Shown: piece by piece, positions 25,391 to 38,404 of the stretch
How the letters are laid out: the number at the start of each line of letters is the position of its first letter
Position numbering within the stretch: position 1 is the stretch's first letter
Assembly: GCF_964355755.1 (NCBI RefSeq)
Contig: NC_092677.1
Coordinates: forward strand, 1,634,101 to 1,698,100
Source: Antedon mediterranea
Lineage: Eukaryota; Animalia; Echinodermata
Length of the DNA stretch: 64,000 bases
Direction: 5' to 3'
The notes under the pieces: model-generated
The model's database searches: none
Seen by the model: only the letters and a program-made list of their open reading frames with translations
Told to the model about the DNA's origin: nothing
Translations under genes and position numbers: made by a program

Positions 25391-27432
25391 TATTCACTTT
25401 GGTAATTTAGTAAAATAAATCTGGGAAAAAAGAAAAATATTTGTTGACACCTGTGTACAACCTGGATTGTTAAGTTATAATGTGTGACTGTATACAGAAC
25501 GATAGTTATGTGACACTTTGTAATTGTTTTTGTTAGTAAAATCTGGGGAAAAAAGAAAACTATTTGCTGACGTATACAGTTTATTCATTTCTTTATTTAT
25601 GTTTTCTTTAATTTAGTTGAAAAGTACAATAGTCATATTTAGAATATTTTGAATTTATTTATTGAGACGCACTCAGCAGTCTATATTAACAAATGCTTTG
25701 ACTTCTTTTTAAACAAACTTAATTAGGCATGAAGAGCAAAATGTATGCTTTAGTCATTCTTATCTCTAGCCATTATTGTTACTACACTTTATTTCTTGAT
25801 TTGGTACCTTCACTAATGTTCGTAATCATGGCATTTTAGGGATAACTAATTCTTGGTTCCAGAACTATGACCTAATTGACAGAACCCCACCCACTTTTAC
25901 AGAACAAGAAGATGAAAAATGAACATAAGAAAAAATCGAACACATTATTAATTAAATTACTTAATTTAATACAATGTGCCTTATAGATTAATTGTAATCA
26001 TGTACTGAACATCATAATACATTTCATAATAATATGGATGGTTAATCCTGTTACCAAAATAAGATATAGGGCGGCCAACTTCCTAAATGAAAAAGTTAGG
26101 CCAAATGTTGATCTAAATCGAGCCGACCTTAATTGCCAAATGCTGAACAGAAGAACAGAAGGGCGGGGACACTCGTTGGCGTTGGTATTAAGCTAGCCTA
26201 CTTATCCATGAGTATGTACGTGGTATACTAAGCACGATATGACAACACAATCACAAGTTTAAGTTGTCAAATCATTTCCTAAATATATAACCTACACATA
26301 CTCAATATTAAAACTAAACTATGTAAAATAAAATAGAATTTATGTGTTTTACCAACATACCAATTACCTGATGTTTGTCTCGCGCCGACTTCAATTGCAG
26401 TAAATAAAGGTGTGCAGATTGGTGGCGTGCTTCTGTCTTACTCATTTCCAAACAATGTTTACTCCGGTTCTATTGTTCCGGTGTTCGCTTGTTCAGGAAG
26501 TCTATTGTTCCGTTAGAGAATATTATTAACCATTAATGCCTGTAATCTGTAAATGTTCATATTTATTTTTATACCTATACAAAACAATAATTCTGATCCA
26601 TTAAGTAAGTAACACAGATGAATTATATGGTCTGATCACGTTGAACCTCTGAAATAATTTTTTTTAGTTTAATCACTCTATAAAATAATAAACAATCTAT
26701 GAAAATATTATGATGATGACATGACTTTAATGTGAAAAGTGGTGTTTACGCCACAAAGAGAAGAAAACAGATAGCTCCCCGTTTAGGCCCTGTGATATGG
26801 AGCTATATAGGCCTGCATTAATGTTCTAAACACCATGATGTGATGTAGTTATCATCTCTTCTAATCAATGCACTCACAAGACACAATATCATAGCAAACC
26901 GTCCGTTGTCGGTGCATTAACCACTTTAGGACTATCCCATCCCCGAATGATTCATCTTAGTACCGCACTCAGATATTCCCTCTATTCCTCACTATCCCAT
27001 CAGATGATATGCAGCCACCGAAACAATAAAAAATGACATAAGCAGTAGGCCTACAGTATAGGCCTACATATAGATTTTTATTTTATATATAGCTACATAT
27101 ATATTAACGACTAAAACTAAACCAACATCGAGTGTGGTGTTCTATTCTATTTGCACAATATAAATCAGTATCGAAAGTTAACCACACAAAAAAAACAACA
27201 AAAAAAAAACAATTGAAATGAACTAAAGAATTTTCGCATCTGGAATAGGTTTATTTATTTATTTATTTATTACCTTCTTAAACTGAGGGTAGCCTATCCA
27301 GTTTCTAATGGAACTGATCATTTAGGGCCCTCGATAAAACATACATACAGTAAAACACATAAAATATTGAATATTCAAATGACATAATATAGGCCTAAAA
27401 ATTTAATTTCATTTAATTTTTTTCAGAAAAAA

Positions 27433-27977
27433 GATGTATTGTCCCTTGAAACACAAAAAAATGAAGGTCAAAATATTCTAAATTTAAAGTGGCCATATCA
27501 AAGTAATATTAAAGTTATTCACTTTAAGTCGAAAATTTAAGCCAAAACAACAAGTTTACGTAAATAACAGGTAAATTAGTTTGATTACATTTCATCTGGA
27601 AAATCGTCACGAGCGAAAGTAAACAAAGATTTCAAACCATGAGTACGCATTATGCATATGATAAATTAGGATTGTTTACAACTCGTCACGGTTGAGAAGG
27701 TATTTTCACACAGATCATGAGGAAGTTTTATGATTATGCATACAGAGTAGCCAAACAAGTGCGTTGCATTATGGGATATGTTTTGATTGAAAACTTTGAC
27801 TGGAAGTCAAAGTTATTTTTTTAACAAAAAAACGTCTGTATTTCAGTTAAAATTTTTTTTTTTTCGAAAAATTTTTGGTGATAGTTAATAACTATTATGA
27901 TACTTCAAAATGACCCACCTTTTTTCGAAATCTTTTATTTTTTATTTTTTTGGAATTAGTCAAAGGGACAATACATC
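27433..27977. mobile_element. Non-autonomous DNA transposon with TIR gatgtattgtccctt
   Basis: gatgtattgtcccttga at the left, tcaaagggacaatacatc at the right. A related end (ttaaagatgtattgtccc) lies at ~42270. Confidence 0.6.
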
Positions 27978-28895
27978 AATACATCAAAACAAAAAAGAAA
28001 AGAGTTAAAAATTCAAACGACTGATTAACCAAAAACGAAATGAATTACTGTCACGGATTGAAAAGAGTAATACAATTATAATTAAAATACATTAAAACAA
28101 GAATATTTCTTACAAAAAACGCTGCTCGCTTATTGTTATTGCTAAGGTCAAGTCTGGGGGTCACGCCTAGATACTTCAAGTATCCTATTACAAACAAAAA
28201 CTTCAATGGACTGTTTTGATAATAATTCAATGATAATAATTCAATGATTATCTGACAGCGAATTATAGTAATATCATGGGACTCATAAATACCAGATATG
28301 CTTTGGGATTTGTCGTTAGACTTTTTTCCCAGACGTTTTTTGGATTCAACAGGTGGTACCAATAAATTATAGTCGAGAATCATTTTTCACAAAATTGTCA
28401 GTGTCTAGTACTATAACTGCTGCTTGCTTTGTATCTGAATGATTTATCTCTTGTGACGTAGCGGGCTAGAGCAGCAGCGTGAAAAAATAAATATACAATT
28501 TAAATCAATGAAATAATTATAATCTAAATATATGCCTTAAGCTATTATAAATAAATAAAACATTAAAAATCTAGGAATAAAAATGCAAATTTATATTTTA
28601 AAACTATACGCCTATATACGAACAAAATAGATATTAAATAAAAACGATTTACAACAGAAACAGTTAAAGAAGATACCATTTCTGTGTGTTTATAAAATAT
28701 TTATACTGTTAAGTGTTACCCAGTCCCTCTCACGTACATCACGTATAACTTACTCATGATATAATACAGAATGTGTTTCACAGAATAGGTAATTTTCCCA
28801 TTATAGCATGCAGTGCGATCATTGTTTTTCTCCACACAAATCTTGCATAACTGAGACAAACATTGAATTACTGTACAAATGAAATCATTTGCATC

Positions 28896-31800
28896 TCATT
28901 TAGTTGTCAGTGATTCTTTCAAAAAATCTAGTGAGAACACATGGTGTCTGATGCAGAGACCCCGATCTTGGTCATCTTCTTCAAAATTTGTTGTGTAAAT
29001 CATCAAAAACCATGATTTTCCATCATTCAGAAAAGGAACAATTTGTTCACATTTAACTTTACTTCTGTTTTGTAAAATGTCAATCGAGTTGAAATTGTCT
29101 CCACTTCTGACATGTATCGGCTTTAAACGGACAACATTATTGTCTGTTGTGTCTTGTAGAAAATGCCACAGACCTTCAAATTCGATCGCCTTCTTTTTCG
29201 CTTCTTCTTTTTTAGTTTTTCCCTTTTTATTAGATTTTTCCTGATTTGAAGATAGTTCTTCCTCAATAGCTTTACTTTCTTTTTTAGTTTTCTCTTTTGA
29301 TTTTCCCTTTATCAATTGTTTCGCAAAACCATGTCTCTTCTTTTCTTCTTCTCTAGTTTTTACATTTTTATCTAATTTTACTCCTTCTTGGTTTAAAGGG
29401 ACTTCCTCCTCTATTGATTCATTCTCTTTTTTAGTTTTCTCTTTTGATTTTCCCCTTTTGAATATCTTCTTAAAACCCCGTTTCTTTTCTTTTTCTTCTT
29501 CATCTTTTTCATGTACACATGGTGTTGACTCATCAGGTTCTTGTTGACTTATTCCTTGTATGTCTTCTTCATCTTCTTTGTTTACTTCTATTTCTTCTTT
29601 TACTACTGCTGCTACTGCTTCTTCTTTAGGAGTTTGATCGTTAGATTCGTCAATTGCGGGGACGCCCTTATAATCTGCTGACTGTTTTGTCTTGTTTTTA
29701 ATCGACGATAATGCTTTTGAAACTATACCAACTAAACCTGATTTCTTTGTTGTCTTGTCGGTTGGTTTTTCTTCCTCTGTTTCATTTGAACCCGCTTTTG
29801 TCACGTCATCGTCTGGATTAGCATCTTCCATTCCTTCCAAGTTCTGATTTAAACCTGCAAATGCACCTTGTTTTCTTTCGGTATCCAATGGTTCCTCATC
29901 TAGTTGTGTTACTTCTGTTTCTTCCCTTTCTTCTACTACTGCTGCTGCTTTATCTTCTTTCGGAGTTTCATTAGATCCTTCAGTTGTAGGCACGCTTTCA
30001 TAGTCTGAATCAGATGATTGTTTTGTCTTTCTTTTATTCGACAATAGGCCTAATGCTTTTGAAACTTTACCTTTTGCATTTCCAAATACACCGCGTTTCT
30101 TTGTTGTCTCGTCGGTTGTTTGTTCTTCTCTCACCTCCTTTGTACCTGTTGTTGGCACATCATTGTTTGGATTATCATCTTCCATTCCTTCCAAGTTTTG
30201 ATTTTCACTCTGCGATCCTTGATTTGTGACTGGCGCAAATAGCTTTTCGACGGAGTTTTTTAAACCTGCAAGCACACCTTGTTTTCTTTCGGTATCCAGT
30301 GGTTCTTCTGTTGCAGATTCTGTTGTCACTTTGTGGTTAGCATCTTCATCAGTTTTATTTATAGTTGGAGCACAAACAAACATTCCATCTGAAGAAAGCG
30401 TAACACTAAATACGGGCATACAAATAGTAGATATCTGAAAAAAAATACGAATGTATCGGTGAAGAAAGAATTTTGCGATAAAGAGATATCAATAATAATA
30501 AGCCTTCTTCTAAATAAAACAACATACCTGCTCTGCCTCTTTAAACGTTGTACAATTATCTTCACTGACCCCTTCGTATAGAAGCATACTGGACTGCGAC
30601 AATGAAATAAGCACACGCACTTTACTAATGTTTGTTTCGATTAACTGGAAGACAAGATTCGTTTAATGACAATGTGAAAAATGTCTAGTTCAATAATCTA
30701 GTGAAAAATGGTACTTATTAATAATAATTGTATAAAATAATATATTTGTAATGAATTAGTTCATTTGTTAATGATGGTCGTTATTGAAACGTAGGAGGGA
30801 ACTGGTATTTTTCATCAAAAAACTCTAATTGTCAGGGTCTATACTGGTTTTTGTAAATGTTACATTTCGATATTAGAACTAAAACCAAACCTGAATTCGC
30901 ATATTATCTTCAGCGTTGTTCATTTCCACATAAACTATATTCCAATCATTTTCATTATCTGTCCACATTATAAAAGGCTTGTAAACTACACAGAAATAGA
31001 TCAATGTGTTGTTAGACTTAATCACAGAATTTCGTCAGATTTATAATAGAGAACGACATGTTTGAAAAAAAAGAACACATTCACATTTTTATTTAAAAAA
31101 ATAGACCTAGTATAGGTTTAAAAAACATGTGTTCGCTCTGGCAGGAATTATTCACACTTGACTGTAAGACATGCTCTTCATAAAATGACCACTACTTAAT
31201 TTACAGTAAAGTATTAGCTAAGTCCTAAATTCATCTTTATTACACCAGCATTGTTTCACTATTTAGCTGGTAGCAGTCAATTCCACTCATAACAAACACC
31301 TTTCTCTCACACCTTTAGTGCTCTATATTTAAATTATATTGTATGTAGACCTATAATTGTGTGATTCTTACTGAAAGGCTGATCTTCGATATCCGTTTGC
31401 TTTTGGCTAGACAAAGGTAGATACTTGACCCTCAATTCGTGTATTCGACTACTAGACTTCTCCTCTGTTTTAACTGTAAAAATCAAACAAACCTCATAAA
31501 TAAACTAGATATAGGGTAGATACTATACTTTATTTCGGCATTAATTATGACCGAACAATACATTTGTGTGCACATTTGATAATAATATAATAACTCATCA
31601 TTCATGTATTTGTTTATAAGGAGGTAAGATACGTATTGAAAGTTTGTTTGGCGTTTGAATGAACCGTAACAATACTTTCTTTTTAGTCGCGTGGACACGA
31701 CTCTATAGTTCACTATGTCGGTCGGTCGGTCGGTCGGTCTGTCGGTCTGTCTGTCGGTCCGGTATCACTATGCGTTTTAGCATGCGACTTATGGCTGTTG

Positions 31801-34800
31801 GCCTTGTTGAACTTTCATTTCATTTTATTTCATTTTACTAATAACTTAAATAAAGTGAAGGAGCCCCCAATGTAAGTATAGCGTGTAGTGAATAGGCTTC
31901 TCAACTTAAACTCTACTAAACTAAAACGTATTTCAACTAATTTGTATTTTTTAATGTTACATTTTACAGACACTCTACCAAATAAAAATACTCGGACGAA
32001 AAAATTAAGTTTACCTTTACGTTTGACCCAACCACCAACAACAAGCCGTCCATTTGACAATCTTTTTCCGCTTAGATAATCTAGAAAGAACAATAATTAA
32101 CATATTTATAATTTTATTATTTATATCAATCTTTTAAAATGTATTTTTATCTCTATTTTCTTAACAAATAAAATTGAATGAATGATAGTGAGTTATTGTA
32201 TTTGATATGGTATTGTTTTCCAAAAATATCATGATACATAGCATAAATGGTTTAAAATTGCGTCCAACGTACCGAATTTTAAATCTACAACAGAACCATT
32301 TAACTCCAATGTTTTGATGACGTCATTCATTATTCTGAAGGCGGGATTTCTGTTACCAAAAACTGTAATCAACTTCCTTTTAATTCTTGACTTCGATTTA
32401 GATACATTAACAACCCCGATAACAATATAAGGAGAATTTATACCAGGTAACACGGCGTAACTCAATAACTGTCTAAAAACAAAGAAACATCTTGTCATTA
32501 ACATTTTTTACAGAAATGTTTCATACGTTTTCTTGTTTCCATACGTCCATGTCAACAAAATTTGGTAAGCCTCAACCTCACAACAACACATTTAGCTGCC
32601 AAAATAATTAATGATTATCGTAAATAATCTTACTCTGTTTGAAGTAAAATATTAGCTTTTGCTTTCCATTCAACGGTTGATGCTTGCGTCGTGCCAGGCA
32701 TTCCTTTACACATTATGTACTTATGCTTGTCATTCAGTAGTAAAAAGAACTGGTCATTATAAAGAAATACTCCACCAGCGCTATAAAATAAAAATCAGTA
32801 GACATCACTAAAAGTAAAATAAATGAAATCTTGTAAACTCACAATTTATATATTATTTTATTGCTATATCTACTAACATAAGGCAAACAACGCTTACCTA
32901 AAAATATTCTCTTTTGTATTTCTATGAATTACATCTGAAACGAATAATGACAAAATCAAAACATTTTTTTGGAAGATTATTCCGGATTTATTATTATTAT
33001 ATATTATTCCTGGGGCTTTTTGATTATTTATTGATTTTTATAGATTAAGGAACAATATCAATTATACATTACATATTTATTTATCTATTTATTTATTTTT
33101 CTCTGTTCTGGGTTGACCAACTAGCATGGGTGTGTAGCACCTGTTTGGTCTTTCTGTGCCTCCTTTTATAATTGTTTTGTCTTCTTATGTTTATGGCAGA
33201 AATTGAATAAAATAAAAATAAAATCAAATAAATACTGAATAACTGAAATGAAACATCGTATCGGTCATTATAAACGGAGCATGGTTACTATGAGGTATGT
33301 TACTGTTGAATCATAAATGGGTAAACAATTTTATTTTTTAAAAATACACATTTGTGAAAAAAGATTAGGAATTAAAACACACCGTGCGACTCCGTGACAT
33401 AAAGTAGGGCCTGCTTACCTTTTCTTAAATCTGCTTCTTGATCTTGAAGCTGTCGAATTAGATGAACTTGATTGGTTGTTGTTATGCTCATGATCTAAAA
33501 ACATAATTTTTTTCCCATTATTGTGAGAATCAATACTGACATTTGTGCTAGGCACAATTAAAAATTCCTTTTTTGAAAATGTCAAACCAATCGACGCACT
33601 GTGTTCTTACGTGTTAATTATATGTAGAAAAAAATAAAATATGAAAATACTTACATAACACATAATGCGACGGTTTTCAAGATTTTCATTATAGCTGATA
33701 CATATAGCATACCGGTGCCGGTACCGGTATGCTATAATGAGAATCACGGTTATGATGATAACTAAAATAACGACAGTTGCTGCAATTGCCCCTTTATTAC
33801 TAGATCTACTGCTTACTGGAGTCAATGTTGCCTCATCTGTAAAAACGATGTGTTACGCATTAATACATTTTTGCTGTTCTTAAAGTTTTTAAACTAGAAT
33901 TCATTTGTTGATTTGGGATTATATAATTTAAACAGTACAAATGGTGTTGTAATACATTTTTGTTGTTCTTAAACTTTTATAACTAGAATTCATTTGTTGA
34001 TTTGGGATTATATAATTTAAACAGTACAAATGGTGTTGTAATATAGACAGAGCAGCACTGCAAAACAAACTACTATACACCACCATCCTACCATCATTTT
34101 TGTTATCATCACGAGTCACTCTATTACTACCGCAATGTTCAATGAGTTTATTGAATTTTAGACTTGTATTGGTATAGATTATAGTACACTTTAGTAATTT
34201 TAAGCAATATTTGGAATTTAGCATGTAAACATTCATTCGTTTCTAATATTAAACCTCGCTAATCCAGAGAGAGATCTTTATTTTAGTATGTTATATTATA
34301 TGCAGAAGACACTAAAAATAACAACTAAATTACTTCTTGCGTGCGAGTTTTGTCTTATCTATATATTTAAGCTTCTTACAAGAAGATTATGATTGGTTTT
34401 GTTTGATTAGGGTCCCAGACTCCACTTGACTTATGACTTTATCAATTCTCTTAATCCACATGAAAGTAAATTGTACAATTCCTTTTCAAAACTCTGGAAA
34501 CGTACAACTTACCTTTGAGCTTCAATGTAATCGAGTTACTTGTTTTTCCATTTTGACCAAATAAGAATTCGTTTTCCACTTTGCAGCTGTACTGCCCTTC
34601 ATTCTTTTCCTCGAAACTTTCAATTTCTAGTGTAGGCCTATCCGTTTTAAATGTCAACATATTATTGTCATGGAACCATGTTCTTGTGATTGGTTTGGGA
34701 TAAGCTTCTGTCGAGTTGCAAGACATTGTAACGTTGCTTCCTCTTCCAACTTTAGAATCACCTAGTACTGACAGCGTTGGCTTATCCAAATCTGTCATTA

Positions 34801-36636
34801 AAGTAATGCAGATATAGATATAATTATTTTTGTGTTGCACAACAACTTATTGCAATGATATAAACCATCTTATATCCTGTGTGTTTTTAGTGCACGTGTA
34901 AATCGAAAGAATTTACCGCCGTCAGTTGTATACACAAAGAACACGGAAAACATAACATTAGCTTTGAATGTGGTATTGAAGGATAGTTCATACTAGATTT
35001 GAATGTTCATAATAGTTCAATGTGGTATTAAAGGAACGTATGAACGTGTATGGTTCAGAGTACACACTGAATACAGGCGATACCTCACTTACAACACAAC
35101 ACAAGTCACAAATCAGTTTATTTGATCTACATACATTGCATTCATACTGTAACACAGGATTGTTTAGAAGACTTGCATTATTATCATACTTACAATATAC
35201 AGTCAAGGTGCAGTTTTTCTGGAAGAGTATAGTAGCTCCAGTAGACTCGTCATTTACTCCACACGTGTACGAGTCTGTGTCCTGCCTGCTAACAGCATTG
35301 ATAGTCAAGCTAACATATCCTGCAGTACCATCCAATGTTGGATCACTCAGCGAGTATCTAGACGCAGGATTCAAATCTTTTCTGGCAATAACTTCATCGC
35401 CTTTTTTCCAGTAGTATTTGCCAATCACGGCGTCCGTTGGTGTGTAGTAACATGGTAATGTTGTCTCTTGTCCTTCAATCGCAACTTTTGATTGGACAGT
35501 GAGTTTGTCAATGCTTTGGCCCACTGAAAAAAAGGAATAACATTCAACACATTCAATGTATACTAAATCATTATCAACATCATCATTGCCATCATCATTA
35601 TCATCATCATTATCATTATTATGCCTATCTTAATGAAAAAAAAGCATTATCATCAATCAACATATCTTCATCATCATCATCACCATAATTCTTATTATCA
35701 GTGGAAAAATTATTTCCATTTTAATACTACATAGTGTACAATTATAGAACATTGTGTTGCTCACCTTGTAGTTTATTTAGTGTATAGTTTATCTTTATTA
35801 CAACTCTTTACATGCTTTATTTTTATATATTTTGTATATTATTGCATTTTTATGTGAGCGATTTTTTCTGTCATGAATTTCCACAAGAACCAAATAAATC
35901 TGAATATAAAAAGGTGCAAAGTACAATCTAGACAAAACAAACATAGTCTAGAAAAATAAGTAGTTATTGAGGGAATTGAACACACAACTTAATGACGAAC
36001 ATTAATTTTCTGTACGTGTGAAATTCATTATTCAATTTTGATAAAAATATATTTTAGGTTAGCCGTATAGTTATACAGTGTATTAAAGGGGGTACAGCCA
36101 GCCAGGGTACCAACGGTGCGTTTTTTTGGCCTATCCGCAAAGTCGTGTAGTAAATCACGAGATGTGGCCCACAATTCCCAAATGACCGAGTATAGGCCTC
36201 CTTTCTTTTAAATTTTAGGTGGCTAGAACTTCCGGGTGGTAGCTTACTTCTGTGCTGGTTTTAATAATATTAAAGTCCAAATTGAACCTCAATTATCAAC
36301 CATTAGTTTCCAACCGTCTTTGTTAAATAAATGTTTTAGATTAGAATAATAAACAATTTATTGTTTCAGAAAAAAATGTAACGATGTGTCAAGGTTTTCG
36401 AGTACCCAGTCAATTTAGTCAACGGATATGTGTATGATAAAATACAGTAGGGGCATGCACATCAACGGAACAACCATTAATAATCTGCCCTGAAACCGAA
36501 TACACTAAAATTGCACAGTAAATCATACTACAGTAGGCCTATAAACTTTTGATATTATTTACTTACCACTATATTTAACAAATGTAACAACCAGTATATA
36601 CATCCAAAGCCATGAATATGGTCTAGTTTTAGTCAT
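28896..36636 (-). CDS. Ig receptor A: signal peptide, IgV, IgC2, TM, cytoplasmic degenerate sialidase-like beta-propeller with a long acidic/Lys-rich insert
   Basis: Exons: 36567-36636 (MTKTRPYSWLWMYILVVTFVKYS), 35194-35523, 34513-34791, 33655-33836 (TM AIAATVVILVIIITVILIIAY), 33419-33494, 32898-32934, 32634-32780, 32273-32472, 32015-32080 (YLSGKRLSNGRLVVGGW), 31372-31473, 30891-30985, 30528-30644, 28896-30434. In frame throughout, and exon-for-exon paralogous to 38405-47806. Confidence 0.85.
31683..31808 (+). mobile_element. Short internally deleted HINE of the 4748-5542 family
   Basis: ttttagtcgcgtggacacgactctatagttcactatgtcggtcgg...gcatgcgacttatggctgttggccttgtt. Confidence 0.75.
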
Positions 36637-38129
36637 ATTCTTAGATTTCCGTGTAACCAACAATTTTTTCATCCATGGTCTATCGGAGATACATAATACA
36701 GTAGAATCTATTCAAAATCACATCGTATCACTAATTGGAATTTACAATAAGTTAATAATAGTATAACTGTGGATTCAAAGGTCGTGGGTCAACACATAAT
36801 TTGAATACATTACTATGAGCCGCTTCATAAATACAAAACTCTGATAACAAGACTAAATACTACAATGAGCCAAGTGTATTTGTTGCTATTCCCTTACTAT
36901 TATACCACAGGCAAATCCAAGAAAGGGGCGACCAGCCCTCTGATGATTCGCCATACAGAAAAGCACCGCACATTGCAGAGTATCTTGTCGTCGTCGTCGT
37001 CGTCGCTGTCACCACCAGGACCTGTAATTGCAAGTTAATAAGCACCACGAAATGATGTGATCTTATTCGTCATTATTCGTTATCTCACCATTTCTTCTAG
37101 TTCATTACAAAATGCACTACCAAAATATAACAATGTTCTTCATTGTCGTCCTTTCAATCAATCTGGTTTACTAAGATATCCAGCCAGGACAGATGTTTTA
37201 CTAGCACCCCTAAAAAATGATGTTATTCAATGTCGATTGTCTCTGTCTTAACATCACAATCCTATATGAATTGGCCATAGCATTACATCGATACTTTTAC
37301 CCGCCGGTAAACTTAATCTGAAAAAATTTGTGAAAAGTGAAAACAATCTGAGACAATAAACAGAAAGACATCGGACCACTAATACAATTAAGATATTTAC
37401 TTATTTTTAGATATTATACACTGACAAATAACAGGTGTAAGATAGATTTTGCCACGCGTCTAGGCCGTTTTACCGATATGCTCATTAGTAGTATAGTATG
37501 TGCACATTTCTAATTTCCGTAAAACTGGTAAATCACATTATTTACATTAATCCATGGAGTAAACGTGTCAATTTAAGAAAATAAAGATTAGCCCCACTAA
37601 TAACCTATTTCCCACATATATACATAGACATTATTATTACGTAATCCCAAGTGGTCAAACTTTATAATACGATAAGTTTGCTTTCTATAATTTAAACATT
37701 GATATATTAAATTTACAAATAGCATATGCATTACATTAAAAAAGGATGACGAAAGCACCACATGTCTACTTAACTTCCGTTAAATGAGTACCTCACTCAC
37801 ATCGTCCAACCCTTCGCATCAACGGTTATAATTACGAACAATACAAATATTATAACGAATATAGGCCTATTAAAAAGCATGTCACAGTATTACACAAGAT
37901 ATGGCTATAACACGTTAAAGAAGAAGTGTTCTATTATAGTACCAAAAGTATTTCGTTCATAATCGTTCTTAATGTAACCATTTTTGTTTTCGCCTTCTTG
38001 TTGTTTCTGTGTATTTTCAATTTATATTGTGTCTTTTATCATTGTCTGTTATTGGTCTTTGGCTGTTGGATGTGAATTTCACAAAGTAATTCAAAACTCT
38101 GTTTAAATTAGCTGTTAGTCCATTATTAG

Positions 38130-38161
<32 letters not shown>

Positions 38162-38404
38162 TGATACGATAAAAAAAATGTATACATACAAATTACAATG
38201 AAATATAAATGACTGTTAAAATATACAGTACATTTGTTTGATGCTACGGAACTATTATGTGATTGCTATCTATGTCACGATTCTATTGATTCTATAATTA
38301 TACTGACATACTCATACACTAATGATAAATAAGATGTAAATGTTGCGATCTAATCTAATCTAATTACTAAAACAAGAAAGGAAGTGTGAAGCCTGGTACA
38401 GTAA

